A DNA stretch of 40,596 nucleotides from Thermoplasmatota archaeon (lineage in GTDB: Archaea > Thermoplasmatota > Penumbrarchaeia > Penumbrarchaeales > Penumbrarchaeaceae). The position numbers and the translations under genes are program-made. Positions 8,040-17,115 of the stretch are shown here, piece by piece (the first letter of the stretch is position 1; each line of letters opens with the position of its first letter). Below the pieces are notes generated by a model. The model was not told the origin of the DNA, did no database searches, and was given only the letters and a program-made list of their open reading frames with translations. The DNA lies in NCBI GenBank assembly GCA_965234725.1, contig CBDDUX010000050.1, forward strand, positions 1-40,596, in the 5' to 3' direction.

Positions 8040-9677
8040 ATGAAGATCCTTCCCGCCCTCCTGCCCTCGATATTCTTACTGATCATCATTCTTCCATCCG
8101 GCTCAGGATACTGGTCAGAATGGAGGGGAGACCCTCTTCACCAGGCTGTGGAAGAAGGCATACCAACCGGGATAGGGGAGCTTATCTGGAAATACAATAC
8201 CAACGGACAGATCTATTCCTCACCGGTCTTTTACGAGGGTGGAATGCTGATCGGTTCCGATGACTGGAACCTCTACTGTCTCGATCCAGATACCGGAGAG
8301 CTCAATTGGAAGTTCAAAACAGAAGGAGAGGTCCAATCAACTCCATTAATAGAGAACGGAAGGGCCTATTTCGGCTCATTCGACGGGAACCTATACTGTC
8401 TGGAGCTTCCGGATGAAGAAGGAGGACGACCTTCACTGCTCTGGTCTTTAGAATTGGAAGGGGATGTGATCTCCTCCTGCCACCCTTACAAGGATTCTCT
8501 GATAGTAGCTGATACGGGAGGATTCGTTCACCGAATAACAAAAGAAGGAAACCTTGTTTGGAATAGGACCCATTCCAGTAACGACTACTGGTCAACTCCA
8601 CTTGTGGATGCAGAGAATGAAAGGGGTATCATCGGAGATGAGTTCGATAACCTTGTGATCTTCTCCCTCGAAGACGGAAGCTTGATCAAGAACATCTCAT
8701 ACGGGGAATCCTCCGAACTATATTCCTCAGGCCTTCTAAAAGATGATATGCTCTATATCACCGATGGTGAAGGTAGAAGATTGATAGCGGAGGACCTCAC
8801 AGGAGGAGGAAGAGGGTGGACCTTTGATGTCGGTTATCCATCGTATTCTACTCCTGTTATCAACGGTGATAGGATCTATTTCGGCTCTTTCGAATATTCA
8901 TGGTGCCTTCCATTGGACGATCCTGATGACAGCGGGACCATCGAGATGGATGAAATAATCTGGTCTCACCCCACCCATGATTTCCAGGGAGGTTCCTCAC
9001 CTCTGATCGCCGGAGACCTTATGTTCATCGGATCGGACGATTACAACCTATACTGCCTGAACAAGTTTACAGGCAAGGAAGAATGGACCTTTCCCACTAA
9101 AGGATATGTTTATTCATCTCCGGCACTTTACAACGGATCGGTCTATTTCGGATCCAATGATAGGTCGGTTTACTGCGTTGGAGAAAGACCTCCGGGGATA
9201 GAATTGGAAGTGACCATGGACCCGTTGGAGATAACAACTGAAGAGACTGCTCGGATATGGATCAATGTAACGGATGGGGACGAGAACCTTGTTCAAAATT
9301 CCACAGTTTACATCGACACTTCAGCCGGGTTCGTGACATTCGATCATGAAAGGCCGATCACGGGAGGGATCGTTCTTGGATCGGGGCAGACCTATTTTGA
9401 TTTCGTTCCGTTCTTCGTCTCATCCAGGTCAACAATGGATATCACTATCTCAGCAGAAAAAGAAGGGCTTACAATGGGGTTCTCCACAATTCAGCTTATT
9501 GTTGAACCGGGTGAAGGAACAGAGGAAGATACCCCGGATGTGATCGACAGTACGACGGAGAGGAGACCCTACGTCATTGGTCTGATCATCGTTGTGATAC
9601 TGAACATATCCCTTCTGCTTGTCCTGGTCCTTTTCAAGATAAGGGACATCAATACTCAAAGGGAGGCCACAAGATGA
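8040..9677 (+). CDS. PQQ-like beta-propeller protein with Ig-like stalk, membrane-anchored
   Basis: GGAGG upstream of ATG 8040; signal peptide; WSEWRGD; repeated SSP/STP...GSDD.NLYCL units; C-terminal TM. Confidence 0.9.
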   Translation: MKILPALLPSIFLLIIILPSGSGYWSEWRGDPLHQAVEEGIPTGIGELIWKYNTNGQIYSSPVFYEGGMLIGSDDWNLYCLDPDTGELNWKFKTEGEVQSTPLIENGRAYFGSFDGNLYCLELPDEEGGRPSLLWSLELEGDVISSCHPYKDSLIVADTGGFVHRITKEGNLVWNRTHSSNDYWSTPLVDAENERGIIGDEFDNLVIFSLEDGSLIKNISYGESSELYSSGLLKDDMLYITDGEGRRLIAEDLTGGGRGWTFDVGYPSYSTPVINGDRIYFGSFEYSWCLPLDDPDDSGTIEMDEIIWSHPTHDFQGGSSPLIAGDLMFIGSDDYNLYCLNKFTGKEEWTFPTKGYVYSSPALYNGSVYFGSNDRSVYCVGERPPGIELEVTMDPLEITTEETARIWINVTDGDENLVQNSTVYIDTSAGFVTFDHERPITGGIVLGSGQTYFDFVPFFVSSRSTMDITISAEKEGLTMGFSTIQLIVEPGEGTEEDTPDVIDSTTERRPYVIGLIIVVILNISLLLVLVLFKIRDINTQREATR

Positions 9678-10864
9678 ACCATGCAAGGGTCATTGTTATC
9701 ACCTTCTTACTGATCCTGACCATACCTCTTTCTGCTGGATCCCGGGGCCAGGAGATCGATCCTAACTCCATCGAGGTCCTCTGGTCCTATACCAAAGGTG
9801 ATTCCGAAGCGACATTCTGGAAGCTGGACTGGTCGCCGGACGGCAAACTGGTGGCTGCCACGTTCTTTGACAATATCTGCCTCATATTGAACGCGGATGA
9901 TGGGACCCTTGTGGAAAAACTTGATATGGGGAATTACACCACAAGATGTGACGGGTTTACACCCGATGGAACCCTTCCTCTCAGAGCCTGCGCATTCTCA
10001 CCTGATGGAAAATACCTGGCAACTGGAGGTGATGACCTCCAGGTCAGGTTGTTCGACACTGCAACCTGGGAGCTTAAAAGGACCTTCCTCGGACACAGCG
10101 GATCGATATTATGTCTGGATTTCTCCCCGGATTCGAAATACCTGGCATCCGGATCCGGCACGGACAAGGTTATCCCCCAGAATGCGGGGGAGAATCTCAC
10201 CAGGATATGGAACCTTGAGACAGGAAGACAGGAGCTGGTCCTGGAAGGACACCTGGATGGGGTCCTTGCAGTCGAGTGGTCAGATGACGGAACTATGCTC
10301 GCCACAGTGTCAGATGACAGGACATGCAAGGTCTGGTCGTTTCCCGATGGAGAGATACTCCATTCCATGAAAGGGCATACATCTGGTCTTCTGGATGTGG
10401 ACTGGTCTCCTGACGGGACCAGACTCTATACGGGTTCCAGGGATTACAAGATCAAGGTGTGGGATTGGAGGAATGCCTCGGAGGTAATGTCCTGGCCGGA
10501 CTATAACTGTGTAAGATCGGTACAGGTTCATCCGGATGGAGATTATATCGCAACTTCCGGCGTGGACCTGACGATGAAGATCAGGGACCTGGGTTCCGGA
10601 GCTGAACTAAAGGTGATAAAGGACGGTGTTGAACAGAAAGCAATGGTGATGTCCTCGAGATGGTCGCCGGACGGAACGAAGCTGGTTGCCGGATTGGGAA
10701 AAAGCCATACGATAATAATGTACGGATTCGGAGGTTCATCATTCTCCGAAGATGGCATTGATAATACACTGATCACCATCATTATCCTCATATTCCTGGG
10801 GGTCCTCGGGGTTGCAGCCATAATATATCCCGCTATCAGGGAGATAAGGAGGAGAAGGGATTGA
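9674..10864 (+). CDS. extracellular WD40 repeat protein, membrane-anchored
   Basis: Signal peptide; GH...V/L..WSPDG..L.TGS.D..IKVWD repeats; C-terminal TM + RRRR. ATGA overlap with the upstream gene. Confidence 0.92.
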   Translation: MNHARVIVITFLLILTIPLSAGSRGQEIDPNSIEVLWSYTKGDSEATFWKLDWSPDGKLVAATFFDNICLILNADDGTLVEKLDMGNYTTRCDGFTPDGTLPLRACAFSPDGKYLATGGDDLQVRLFDTATWELKRTFLGHSGSILCLDFSPDSKYLASGSGTDKVIPQNAGENLTRIWNLETGRQELVLEGHLDGVLAVEWSDDGTMLATVSDDRTCKVWSFPDGEILHSMKGHTSGLLDVDWSPDGTRLYTGSRDYKIKVWDWRNASEVMSWPDYNCVRSVQVHPDGDYIATSGVDLTMKIRDLGSGAELKVIKDGVEQKAMVMSSRWSPDGTKLVAGLGKSHTIIMYGFGGSSFSEDGIDNTLITIIILIFLGVLGVAAIIYPAIREIRRRRD

Positions 10865-12147
10865 GGTCTCAATTTGCCCTTCTGGCATTCATTATTCTCC
10901 TGATCCTTCTTATCAGGCCAGCAGTAGGTGAGGTCTCTCCGGATGACCTCACAACAGGTATCGGGAGGTTCTCATCCATCATCTGCGATGATATAGACGA
11001 GGACGGAAGAAAAGAGATCGTCTTCGGATCCTACGATGGATACATAACCTCAGTGGAATACAGAGGTGGAGATTACCGGGTTGATTGGGTCTCTGACAAA
11101 TATGGGACTCGTGCCTGGGGTCTCATTGCCGGTCAGTTCGACGATGACAGCGGACTGGAGCTGATCATAGGTGATGGAGACGGAATTGTAAGGGTCCTCG
11201 ATGGCAAGACCAAGGAGGAGCAGTGGAGGTCCATCACTCTCGATAGGGATGCCCACGGACTCCTGCTTCATGATCTCGATGGGGATGGAGACAACGAACT
11301 CCTGGTCGGCACCGGTTTCAAGACCGATCAGGGGTGGGGCCAAGTATACTTCTTCAAGCAGAACTCTTCCGAACCTTATCAGACACTTCCGAAGGCATGG
11401 AACTCCAGACTAAGGGATCTGGAGATTGCGGACTTTGATGATGATGGTGAAGAAGAGCTTCTTGTCTGTTCGGGAGCGGCCCTTGGCGATGTGAAGGGAG
11501 AGGGTTACTTCAGGGTGTATGAGCTCGATGACCTCAACGATCACTGGACCAGTGAGGACCTGCAGGGATGCGTGGAGGGAATGAAGGTAAGGGACCTGGA
11601 CAATGATGGCACCCTTGACATCATTGTGTCAAATGGTTACAGATACCGTGAAGGCTGGTGCTATATCTACTCATGGAACGGAGAGACCTACGAGAGAAAA
11701 TGGAAGAGCGATAACATAGGACCCAAGGTCTATGGTATGGATGTCAAGGATATCGATGGTGACGGCAACCTGGAGATAGTCCTGTCCAATATGGGAGGTT
11801 TCATCTATGTATATGACGGAACAACCAGGAACCTTGAATGGAGGTCCAAGGAACTTGGTAGGGACATACTGGGCCTTGTCATAGAGGACGTGGACGGTGA
11901 CGGACAGGTGGAGATCATTGCCGGTCAAGGAGGATATGTGGGCAAGGGGGACTACACATCGGGATACACCACACCCCACATATACATCATAGATGGAAAT
12001 ACGAAAGCGATGGAAGCGGTCCTGGGAGAGGTGGATGAGACGAAGCAGTGGCTGGGTTTCGCCATAATAATCGGTATTGTACTGGCCCTCGTTCAGGTGG
12101 CGATCTTAACCAGGATCTGGCTAAAGAAAAGGAGGATCTGGGGTTGA
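10861..12147 (+). CDS. FG-GAP/VCBS repeat beta-propeller protein, membrane-anchored
   Basis: Signal peptide; about seven DxDxDG..E(I/L) Ca-binding repeats; C-terminal TM + KKRR. The TTG start overlaps the upstream stop. Confidence 0.9.
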   Translation: MRSQFALLAFIILLILLIRPAVGEVSPDDLTTGIGRFSSIICDDIDEDGRKEIVFGSYDGYITSVEYRGGDYRVDWVSDKYGTRAWGLIAGQFDDDSGLELIIGDGDGIVRVLDGKTKEEQWRSITLDRDAHGLLLHDLDGDGDNELLVGTGFKTDQGWGQVYFFKQNSSEPYQTLPKAWNSRLRDLEIADFDDDGEEELLVCSGAALGDVKGEGYFRVYELDDLNDHWTSEDLQGCVEGMKVRDLDNDGTLDIIVSNGYRYREGWCYIYSWNGETYERKWKSDNIGPKVYGMDVKDIDGDGNLEIVLSNMGGFIYVYDGTTRNLEWRSKELGRDILGLVIEDVDGDGQVEIIAGQGGYVGKGDYTSGYTTPHIYIIDGNTKAMEAVLGEVDETKQWLGFAIIIGIVLALVQVAILTRIWLKKRRIWG

Positions 12148-13124
12148 GCAGTATGTTCAAGGGGAGGAACATAAGACCATTCAGATTCATCGTCCAGCTC
12201 TCCGCATTTGCATTCGTCCTTGGACAGCTATGGGGCCTTCCTCCTTTCGGTACCTATCCGATTTTTCGCAGGATCTTCCTTCCCAACGCATCCTGCAGGT
12301 ACATCAACGACGCACCTACCTCATGTTATTACTATCAACTTCAGGACGGTATGACAACGGGATGGTCGGAGAACTACATCAGCGTGGCCATCATGCTGGC
12401 CGTGATACTACTGATGATAGTTCTTCTTGGTAGATTCTGGTGCTCCTGGTTGTGCCCCTTCGGCCTGGTACAGGAAGGTATGGACAAGTTGAGGGAATTA
12501 CTGCATGTTCCGAGGGTCCGCCTGAAATTCAAAACAAGGGTGATACTCAGGAGGATAAAATACGCCCTGATCTTCCTGACCGTCTTTATCTCGATCCCCA
12601 TCGGGATATCAGCGCTCGGGCTTTCGGGTTACCAATCCACTCTGGCCCTGCCCTTCTGTCAGATATGCCCTGCCAAGGGTTTCTTTACCATCACCCAGCA
12701 GATATTCGGCCTGGAACCGTGGTCCACTGAGCTCCCCATCCTGGCTCTTATATCCCTTACCGTATTCATGATCTCCACATTTTTCATCCCGATGTCATTT
12801 TGCAGGATCTGCCCCATGGGAGGATTGATGGCCCTCTTCGGCAGGACCTCACTGCCGCTTCTTAAGAAGGACCCTGAAAGGTGCACGAAATGCCGGATCT
12901 GCACCCGGGTATGCCCGCTTGACCATGATAGGGTCTATGATGAAATGGAGAATGACGATGTAGGTGGTGAGGACTGTACCCTCTGCGGAAAATGCGTGGA
13001 ATACTGTCCCGAAAAGGGATGCCTGTCCCTCAATTACGGACCCGTGACCCTGGTCGGATCAAGGAGACCAAAGACAAGAAAGGGTCTGACAGACCTCATC
13101 AATAAAGGAGGAAGGAACACATGA
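12144..13124 (+). CDS. NapH/YccM-like membrane-bound 4Fe-4S protein
   Basis: Several TM helices; GRFWCSWLCPFG, FCQICP and FCRICP motifs; two CxxCxxCxxxCP ferredoxin motifs. Likely start is TTG 12144 (overlapping the upstream stop) or ATG 12153. Confidence 0.9.
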   Translation: MSSMFKGRNIRPFRFIVQLSAFAFVLGQLWGLPPFGTYPIFRRIFLPNASCRYINDAPTSCYYYQLQDGMTTGWSENYISVAIMLAVILLMIVLLGRFWCSWLCPFGLVQEGMDKLRELLHVPRVRLKFKTRVILRRIKYALIFLTVFISIPIGISALGLSGYQSTLALPFCQICPAKGFFTITQQIFGLEPWSTELPILALISLTVFMISTFFIPMSFCRICPMGGLMALFGRTSLPLLKKDPERCTKCRICTRVCPLDHDRVYDEMENDDVGGEDCTLCGKCVEYCPEKGCLSLNYGPVTLVGSRRPKTRKGLTDLINKGGRNT

Positions 13125-14434
13125 CCCAGGGCAGATACCTGAAGGATAAGGAAGGATACTTCTCCGAGGAACAGAGAACAAGGACGATTAAGAGGTCCAA
13201 GGAGATGGAGGAGAACTCCCGAAAGAAATTGACATCACAGAAGGTCAGGGCAAAGACGTTGACCTATTTCGATGAGGTCATGAGATATTCAGGTGTCAGG
13301 GCCCAGGAGCTGGAGGAGTACAGGAAGAAGGGGGGGAAGGTCGTTGGTACCATGTGCGTGATGGTACCACTGGAACTGATCAATGCTGCAAATGCAAAGA
13401 ATGTCAGGTTATGCTCAGGGTACTACGAACCCGTTCACCCTGCCAACGAGCTGCTAGGGGATGCGGGTCTTTGCCCCATGGTGAAGGCTACCCTGGGTTC
13501 CAAGATGGTGAATGCCAACCCCTTAACAGATAATATCGACATGGTGGTAGGTCCGGCTACATGTGATGGCAAGATGAAGCTGGCAGAGGTATTGGAAGAT
13601 TGGGTGCCTGTTGTGATGATGAACATACCACGTGTGAAGGTCGGAGAGACAGGGTCCGAGCTCTGGGTCAAAGAGCTGGAATATCTTGGAAGGAAACTGG
13701 AAGACCTTACCGGTAAGAAGGTCAGCAGGAAGGCCCTTGTCAATGAGATCAAGAAATGGAACAGGGCCCATGAACTATGGACCAAGATGCTTAAGCTCAG
13801 AAGTTCCAAGGACCATCCGATCTCTGGCCAGGATGCCATGCTTATCATACAGGCCTCACAGGTGGATGATATCGAAAGATGGAACAAGAAGACATCCGAA
13901 CTCATTACAGAACTCGAGGGAATGATGAAGGATGGCAAGGTTGCAGGAGAGGCAGGAGCTGCAAGGATACTGCTTGCAGGTTCCCCGATGATGTACCCAA
14001 ACTTCAAGATACCCTCAATAGTGGAAGAAAGCGGAGGCACTATCGTTCACGATGAGCTCTGCTCAGGATTCCGATTGATGTCCGATCCTGTGATGCTCGA
14101 TGGGATCACTAAAAAGGGGATCATGAGGGCCCTTGCAGAGAGATATTTCTTCCCCTGCACCTGCCCGTGCTTCTCTCCAAATGACGAGAGGATAAGGAGA
14201 TTGAAGGAATCGATCAAGGTCTTCGGAGTTGAAGGGGTCGTTTTCCATACTCTGAGGGGATGCCATCTGAACAATCTGGAAGCTACAAAGATCGAAGTGG
14301 CACTTAGGGATATCGGAATGCCCATGGTCAAGATCGAGAGCGAATACGATGAAGGTGACATAGAACAGGTGAGGACAAGGGTGGAGGCCTTCGTGGAAAT
14401 GCTGAAGGCCAGGAGGGGGACAGATGGGGGATGA
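13121..14434 (+). CDS. 2-hydroxyacyl-CoA dehydratase-fold protein, probable double-cubane-cluster (DCCP-like) reductase
   Basis: HgdB/FldC-family motifs GTMC..P.ELI.A, LCP, TCDGK.K, ELCSG.R, CPCF.PN..R, GCH, ESEY...D.EQ.RTRVEAF.E. Two three-Cys sets: C79/C118/C148 and C314/C348/C381. Confidence 0.85.
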   Translation: MTQGRYLKDKEGYFSEEQRTRTIKRSKEMEENSRKKLTSQKVRAKTLTYFDEVMRYSGVRAQELEEYRKKGGKVVGTMCVMVPLELINAANAKNVRLCSGYYEPVHPANELLGDAGLCPMVKATLGSKMVNANPLTDNIDMVVGPATCDGKMKLAEVLEDWVPVVMMNIPRVKVGETGSELWVKELEYLGRKLEDLTGKKVSRKALVNEIKKWNRAHELWTKMLKLRSSKDHPISGQDAMLIIQASQVDDIERWNKKTSELITELEGMMKDGKVAGEAGAARILLAGSPMMYPNFKIPSIVEESGGTIVHDELCSGFRLMSDPVMLDGITKKGIMRALAERYFFPCTCPCFSPNDERIRRLKESIKVFGVEGVVFHTLRGCHLNNLEATKIEVALRDIGMPMVKIESEYDEGDIEQVRTRVEAFVEMLKARRGTDGG

Positions 14435-15296
14435 TGTCAAGCCTTACGATGTGGGGATGGATGTGGGAGCCATCGCCACCAAGGTCCTGATCCTCAGAAA
14501 TGGTGAAGAGGTCCTTGCTTCTTCTGTCAGGAATACCACGATGGAACCGGAGAAACTTGCCGGGAACATGTTAGTGGACCTGATCGTTGATAATGGGATC
14601 AAGAGAGAAGATATCGGGCACATAGTTGCAACCGGGCAGGGGAGGAGGTCCGTCACTGAAGCTGATCTGGCAAGGACCGAGATCACGGCGTTTGCCAGGG
14701 GAGCTTACATAATCGATCCGGACTGCGAGATAGTCGTCGATATCGGCGGTCATGGGATAAGGGTCATGAGAATGGGTGAGATGGGAATAATCGCAGATTT
14801 CAAGACCAATGATAAATGCTCCACAGGGACCGGATGCTTCATGGACACCATGGCAATGGCACTGGAGGTTGAAATTGGAGACGTTGGAGAAAGATCTCTC
14901 CATTCGAAGCTTGCAGAGCATGTGAACGCTTCCTGCACGGTTTTTGCTGAATCAGAGGTTGTATCCCTAATTGCAAAAGGGAAAGCCACAGACGACATAC
15001 TGACAGGGCTTCATCAGATGGTTGCGAGGAAGATAATATCCCTTGTAAACACCACAAGGTCAAAGGGAAAGGTCCTGATCTGCGGTGGTGTTGCAAGGAA
15101 CACCGGGGTCATAAAGGAGATCGGTAAGGAGATAGACAGGGAAATGGTCGTGCCAGAGGATCCCCATCTCGTAGGTGCCCTGGGAGCCGCCCTCCTCGCC
15201 CCGAGACCGATTCCCAAGGTATGTATTCCATCTCAAATGGTAAAAAACGATGATAAAGAACCCTTCTTGAAAAGATTCCTGAGGTGGCCCGCTTGA
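14424..15296 (+). CDS. ASKHA-type CoA-substrate-specific enzyme activase (HgdC/BcrAD-like), degenerate ATP motifs
   Basis: NDKCSTGTG and CTVFAESE Fe-S ligand motifs, GGVARN, GALGAAL. DVGAIATK and DIGGHG deviate from the consensus DxGST and DIGGQD. Confidence 0.9.
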   Translation: MGDDVKPYDVGMDVGAIATKVLILRNGEEVLASSVRNTTMEPEKLAGNMLVDLIVDNGIKREDIGHIVATGQGRRSVTEADLARTEITAFARGAYIIDPDCEIVVDIGGHGIRVMRMGEMGIIADFKTNDKCSTGTGCFMDTMAMALEVEIGDVGERSLHSKLAEHVNASCTVFAESEVVSLIAKGKATDDILTGLHQMVARKIISLVNTTRSKGKVLICGGVARNTGVIKEIGKEIDREMVVPEDPHLVGALGAALLAPRPIPKVCIPSQMVKNDDKEPFLKRFLRWPA

Positions 15297-16072
15297 TCAC
15301 AGCAGGGATAGACCTGGGCTCCACTTATGTCAAGGCTGTCGTTCTAAATGACATGAAAAGGGTAGGATATGGAATCGCTCCCACTGGCAACGATCATGAT
15401 CGATCCTCAAGAGAGGTCCTTGATCGGGCCCTTGAAATGGCAGGATTGAAAATAAGTGACATTGAACACATTACATCCACGGGTTACGGAAGAAGGGTCA
15501 CGACCCTCGCCCAGGATAATATCTCCGAGATCTCGGCCAATGCCAGAGGTGTCCAGTGGCTGGGAGCGGAACTCGGCGTGAGGACGATCATTGACATTGG
15601 TGGACAGGATACCAAGGTCATAGCCATGGACGATAACCTCAAGATGATCAATTTTGCTATGAACGATAAATGTGCTGCAGGGACTGGAAGATTCCTCGAG
15701 GTACTCGCAAGGGTCCTGGAAGTACCATTGGATGAGATGGGACCTCTTTCATTGACAAGCAAGGACCCGGTTGATATCACAACAACATGTCTTGTATTTG
15801 CAAAATCAGAAGTGGCCAACCTGATATTCCAGGGAGTTCCCAAGGAAGATATCATAATGGGAATTCACAAAGCTGTAGCACGGAGATTGGTAGCAATGGC
15901 AAAGAAGGTTGGTGTGAAGGATGTCGTGTTCTTTGATGGGGGGCCAGCAAAGAACATAGGCATGGTCCGAGCCATGGAAAAGGAACTCGGAAGGAAGATG
16001 TATGTGCCTGATAATCCACAGATAGTAACAGCAACCGGAGCAGCGCTTCTTGCTTCGGAAAGGAATGGTTAA
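15284..16072 (+). CDS. ASKHA-type CoA-substrate-specific enzyme activase (HgdC/BcrAD-like)
   Basis: GIDLGSTYVK, STGYGR, DIGGQDTK, MNDKCAAGTGRFLE, CLVFAKSE. Confidence 0.93.
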   Translation: MARLITAGIDLGSTYVKAVVLNDMKRVGYGIAPTGNDHDRSSREVLDRALEMAGLKISDIEHITSTGYGRRVTTLAQDNISEISANARGVQWLGAELGVRTIIDIGGQDTKVIAMDDNLKMINFAMNDKCAAGTGRFLEVLARVLEVPLDEMGPLSLTSKDPVDITTTCLVFAKSEVANLIFQGVPKEDIIMGIHKAVARRLVAMAKKVGVKDVVFFDGGPAKNIGMVRAMEKELGRKMYVPDNPQIVTATGAALLASERNG

Positions 16073-16220
16073 TAATTAATGTTAAGAGCTGGATATTCTT
16101 CGAAATTAGATAATACTGTGCCAAAAGGACGTAATTCATAGAAAGGAAGGGTAAATTATTTATCCTTGGGGGATGTGAACCTAATAGCGCTTGAATCATT
16201 CAAGCCTAGGGAATCTATAT

Positions 16221-16394
16221 ATGTATGACGAAAGAAGAAGAAGCAGTGGTCCCAGGGACGGTCCTCCAAGAGAGATGCACGATGCGACCTGTGCAGATTG
16301 CGGACAGACTACGCAGGTGCCCTTCAAACCGGACCCGGACAGGCCTGTCTATTGCAGGGATTGCTACAGAAAGAGAAGACCTCCCAGATATTAA
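16221..16394 (+). CDS. CxxC-x17-CxxC domain protein (small zinc-ribbon, putative nucleic-acid binding)
   Basis: REMHDATCADCGQTTQVPFKPDPDRPVYCRDCY is the family signature. Confidence 0.92.
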   Translation: MYDERRRSSGPRDGPPREMHDATCADCGQTTQVPFKPDPDRPVYCRDCYRKRRPPRY

Positions 16395-16491
16395 GGGAAG
16401 GATTCGAATAACAGAATAATGAAAGCTCCCAAGGGAGTGATTATCAACAATATCGGCCTGTCTGAAAAGAATCGTCTGCCCGATCTAACAA

Positions 16492-16526
16492 TTTTTTATT
16501 GGGATCGGGATATTTTTTTTAGTTTA
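16492..16526 (+). terminator. T-tract putative archaeal terminator region
   Basis: Runs of T (tttttt, tttttttt) downstream of the CxxC gene, between convergent genes. Confidence 0.4.
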
Positions 16527-16631
16527 ATTTAGATTTATAATAGAACGTATTGACAGATTTTCCATATCAAGATCTTCCACCGATTTAGTGGGAATAGAGA
16601 CCTGGATCCAATCTATATAATGGTATTAATC

Positions 16632-16907
16632 CTATAAATGGAAAGGAGCTGAACCTGAGATATAATCGGTCCTATCTTTGAAATACTTATAGAAACCTGC
16701 GATCCCCACTGATACCCAGATCAATTCTAGTAATATGAAAGGAATAAACCATATCAATATCGAGGCAACACATGCGATGGCAGCCCCCATGATGTTCATG
16801 ATGAGATAGGGTAGACTGCTCTGTGAAATGATATTGAAAAGGTTCAACAGGAAAGCCAAAAGTAGAAGAGAGACACCAACGGTCCCGACGATCGTGGAAG
16901 GTTCCAT
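16632..16907 (-). CDS. small 3-TM membrane protein (CBU_0592-like)
   Basis: G.VGV.LLL.AF.L...Y..MN..GA......S......PFI.LE.IW pattern. Confidence 0.75.
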   Translation of the reverse strand: MEPSTIVGTVGVSLLLLAFLLNLFNIISQSSLPYLIMNIMGAAIACVASILIWFIPFILLELIWVSVGIAGFYKYFKDRTDYISGSAPFHL

Positions 16908-17115
16908 GGTCTCTTAATCACCCGCATTCCTTTTAATGTAGCGGTCCTCGATAATCTTCCAGATCTTCACTACGGTTTCTGAGATAGTGCAGGATAACCG
17001 GAACTCCCCTGGCCTGGACCAGATCCATTCTGTCTTTGATGTCCCTCAAGTCCCCTTCCCTTCCCTCGGGAATTGAACCCAATAATCATCCATAAACAGA
17101 TCCATTACTCCTTCA

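Noticed and set aside
6665-9677. PQQ-dependent dehydrogenases
   Set aside because: Only the generic propeller repeat is present. The vicinal-Cys and catalytic inserts of quinoprotein alcohol dehydrogenases were not seen.
13121-16072. Class I benzoyl-CoA reductase (BcrABCD)
   Set aside because: Two activase-like genes fit, but there is only one HgdB-fold subunit (BcrB and BcrC are both needed) and no aromatic-degradation genes nearby.
16910-17110. Possible small gene between the NifX-like and CBU_0592-like genes
   Set aside because: The SD-led ATG frame stops after 19 codons, and the other frames are short with no recognisable family. It may be a remnant but cannot be supported.
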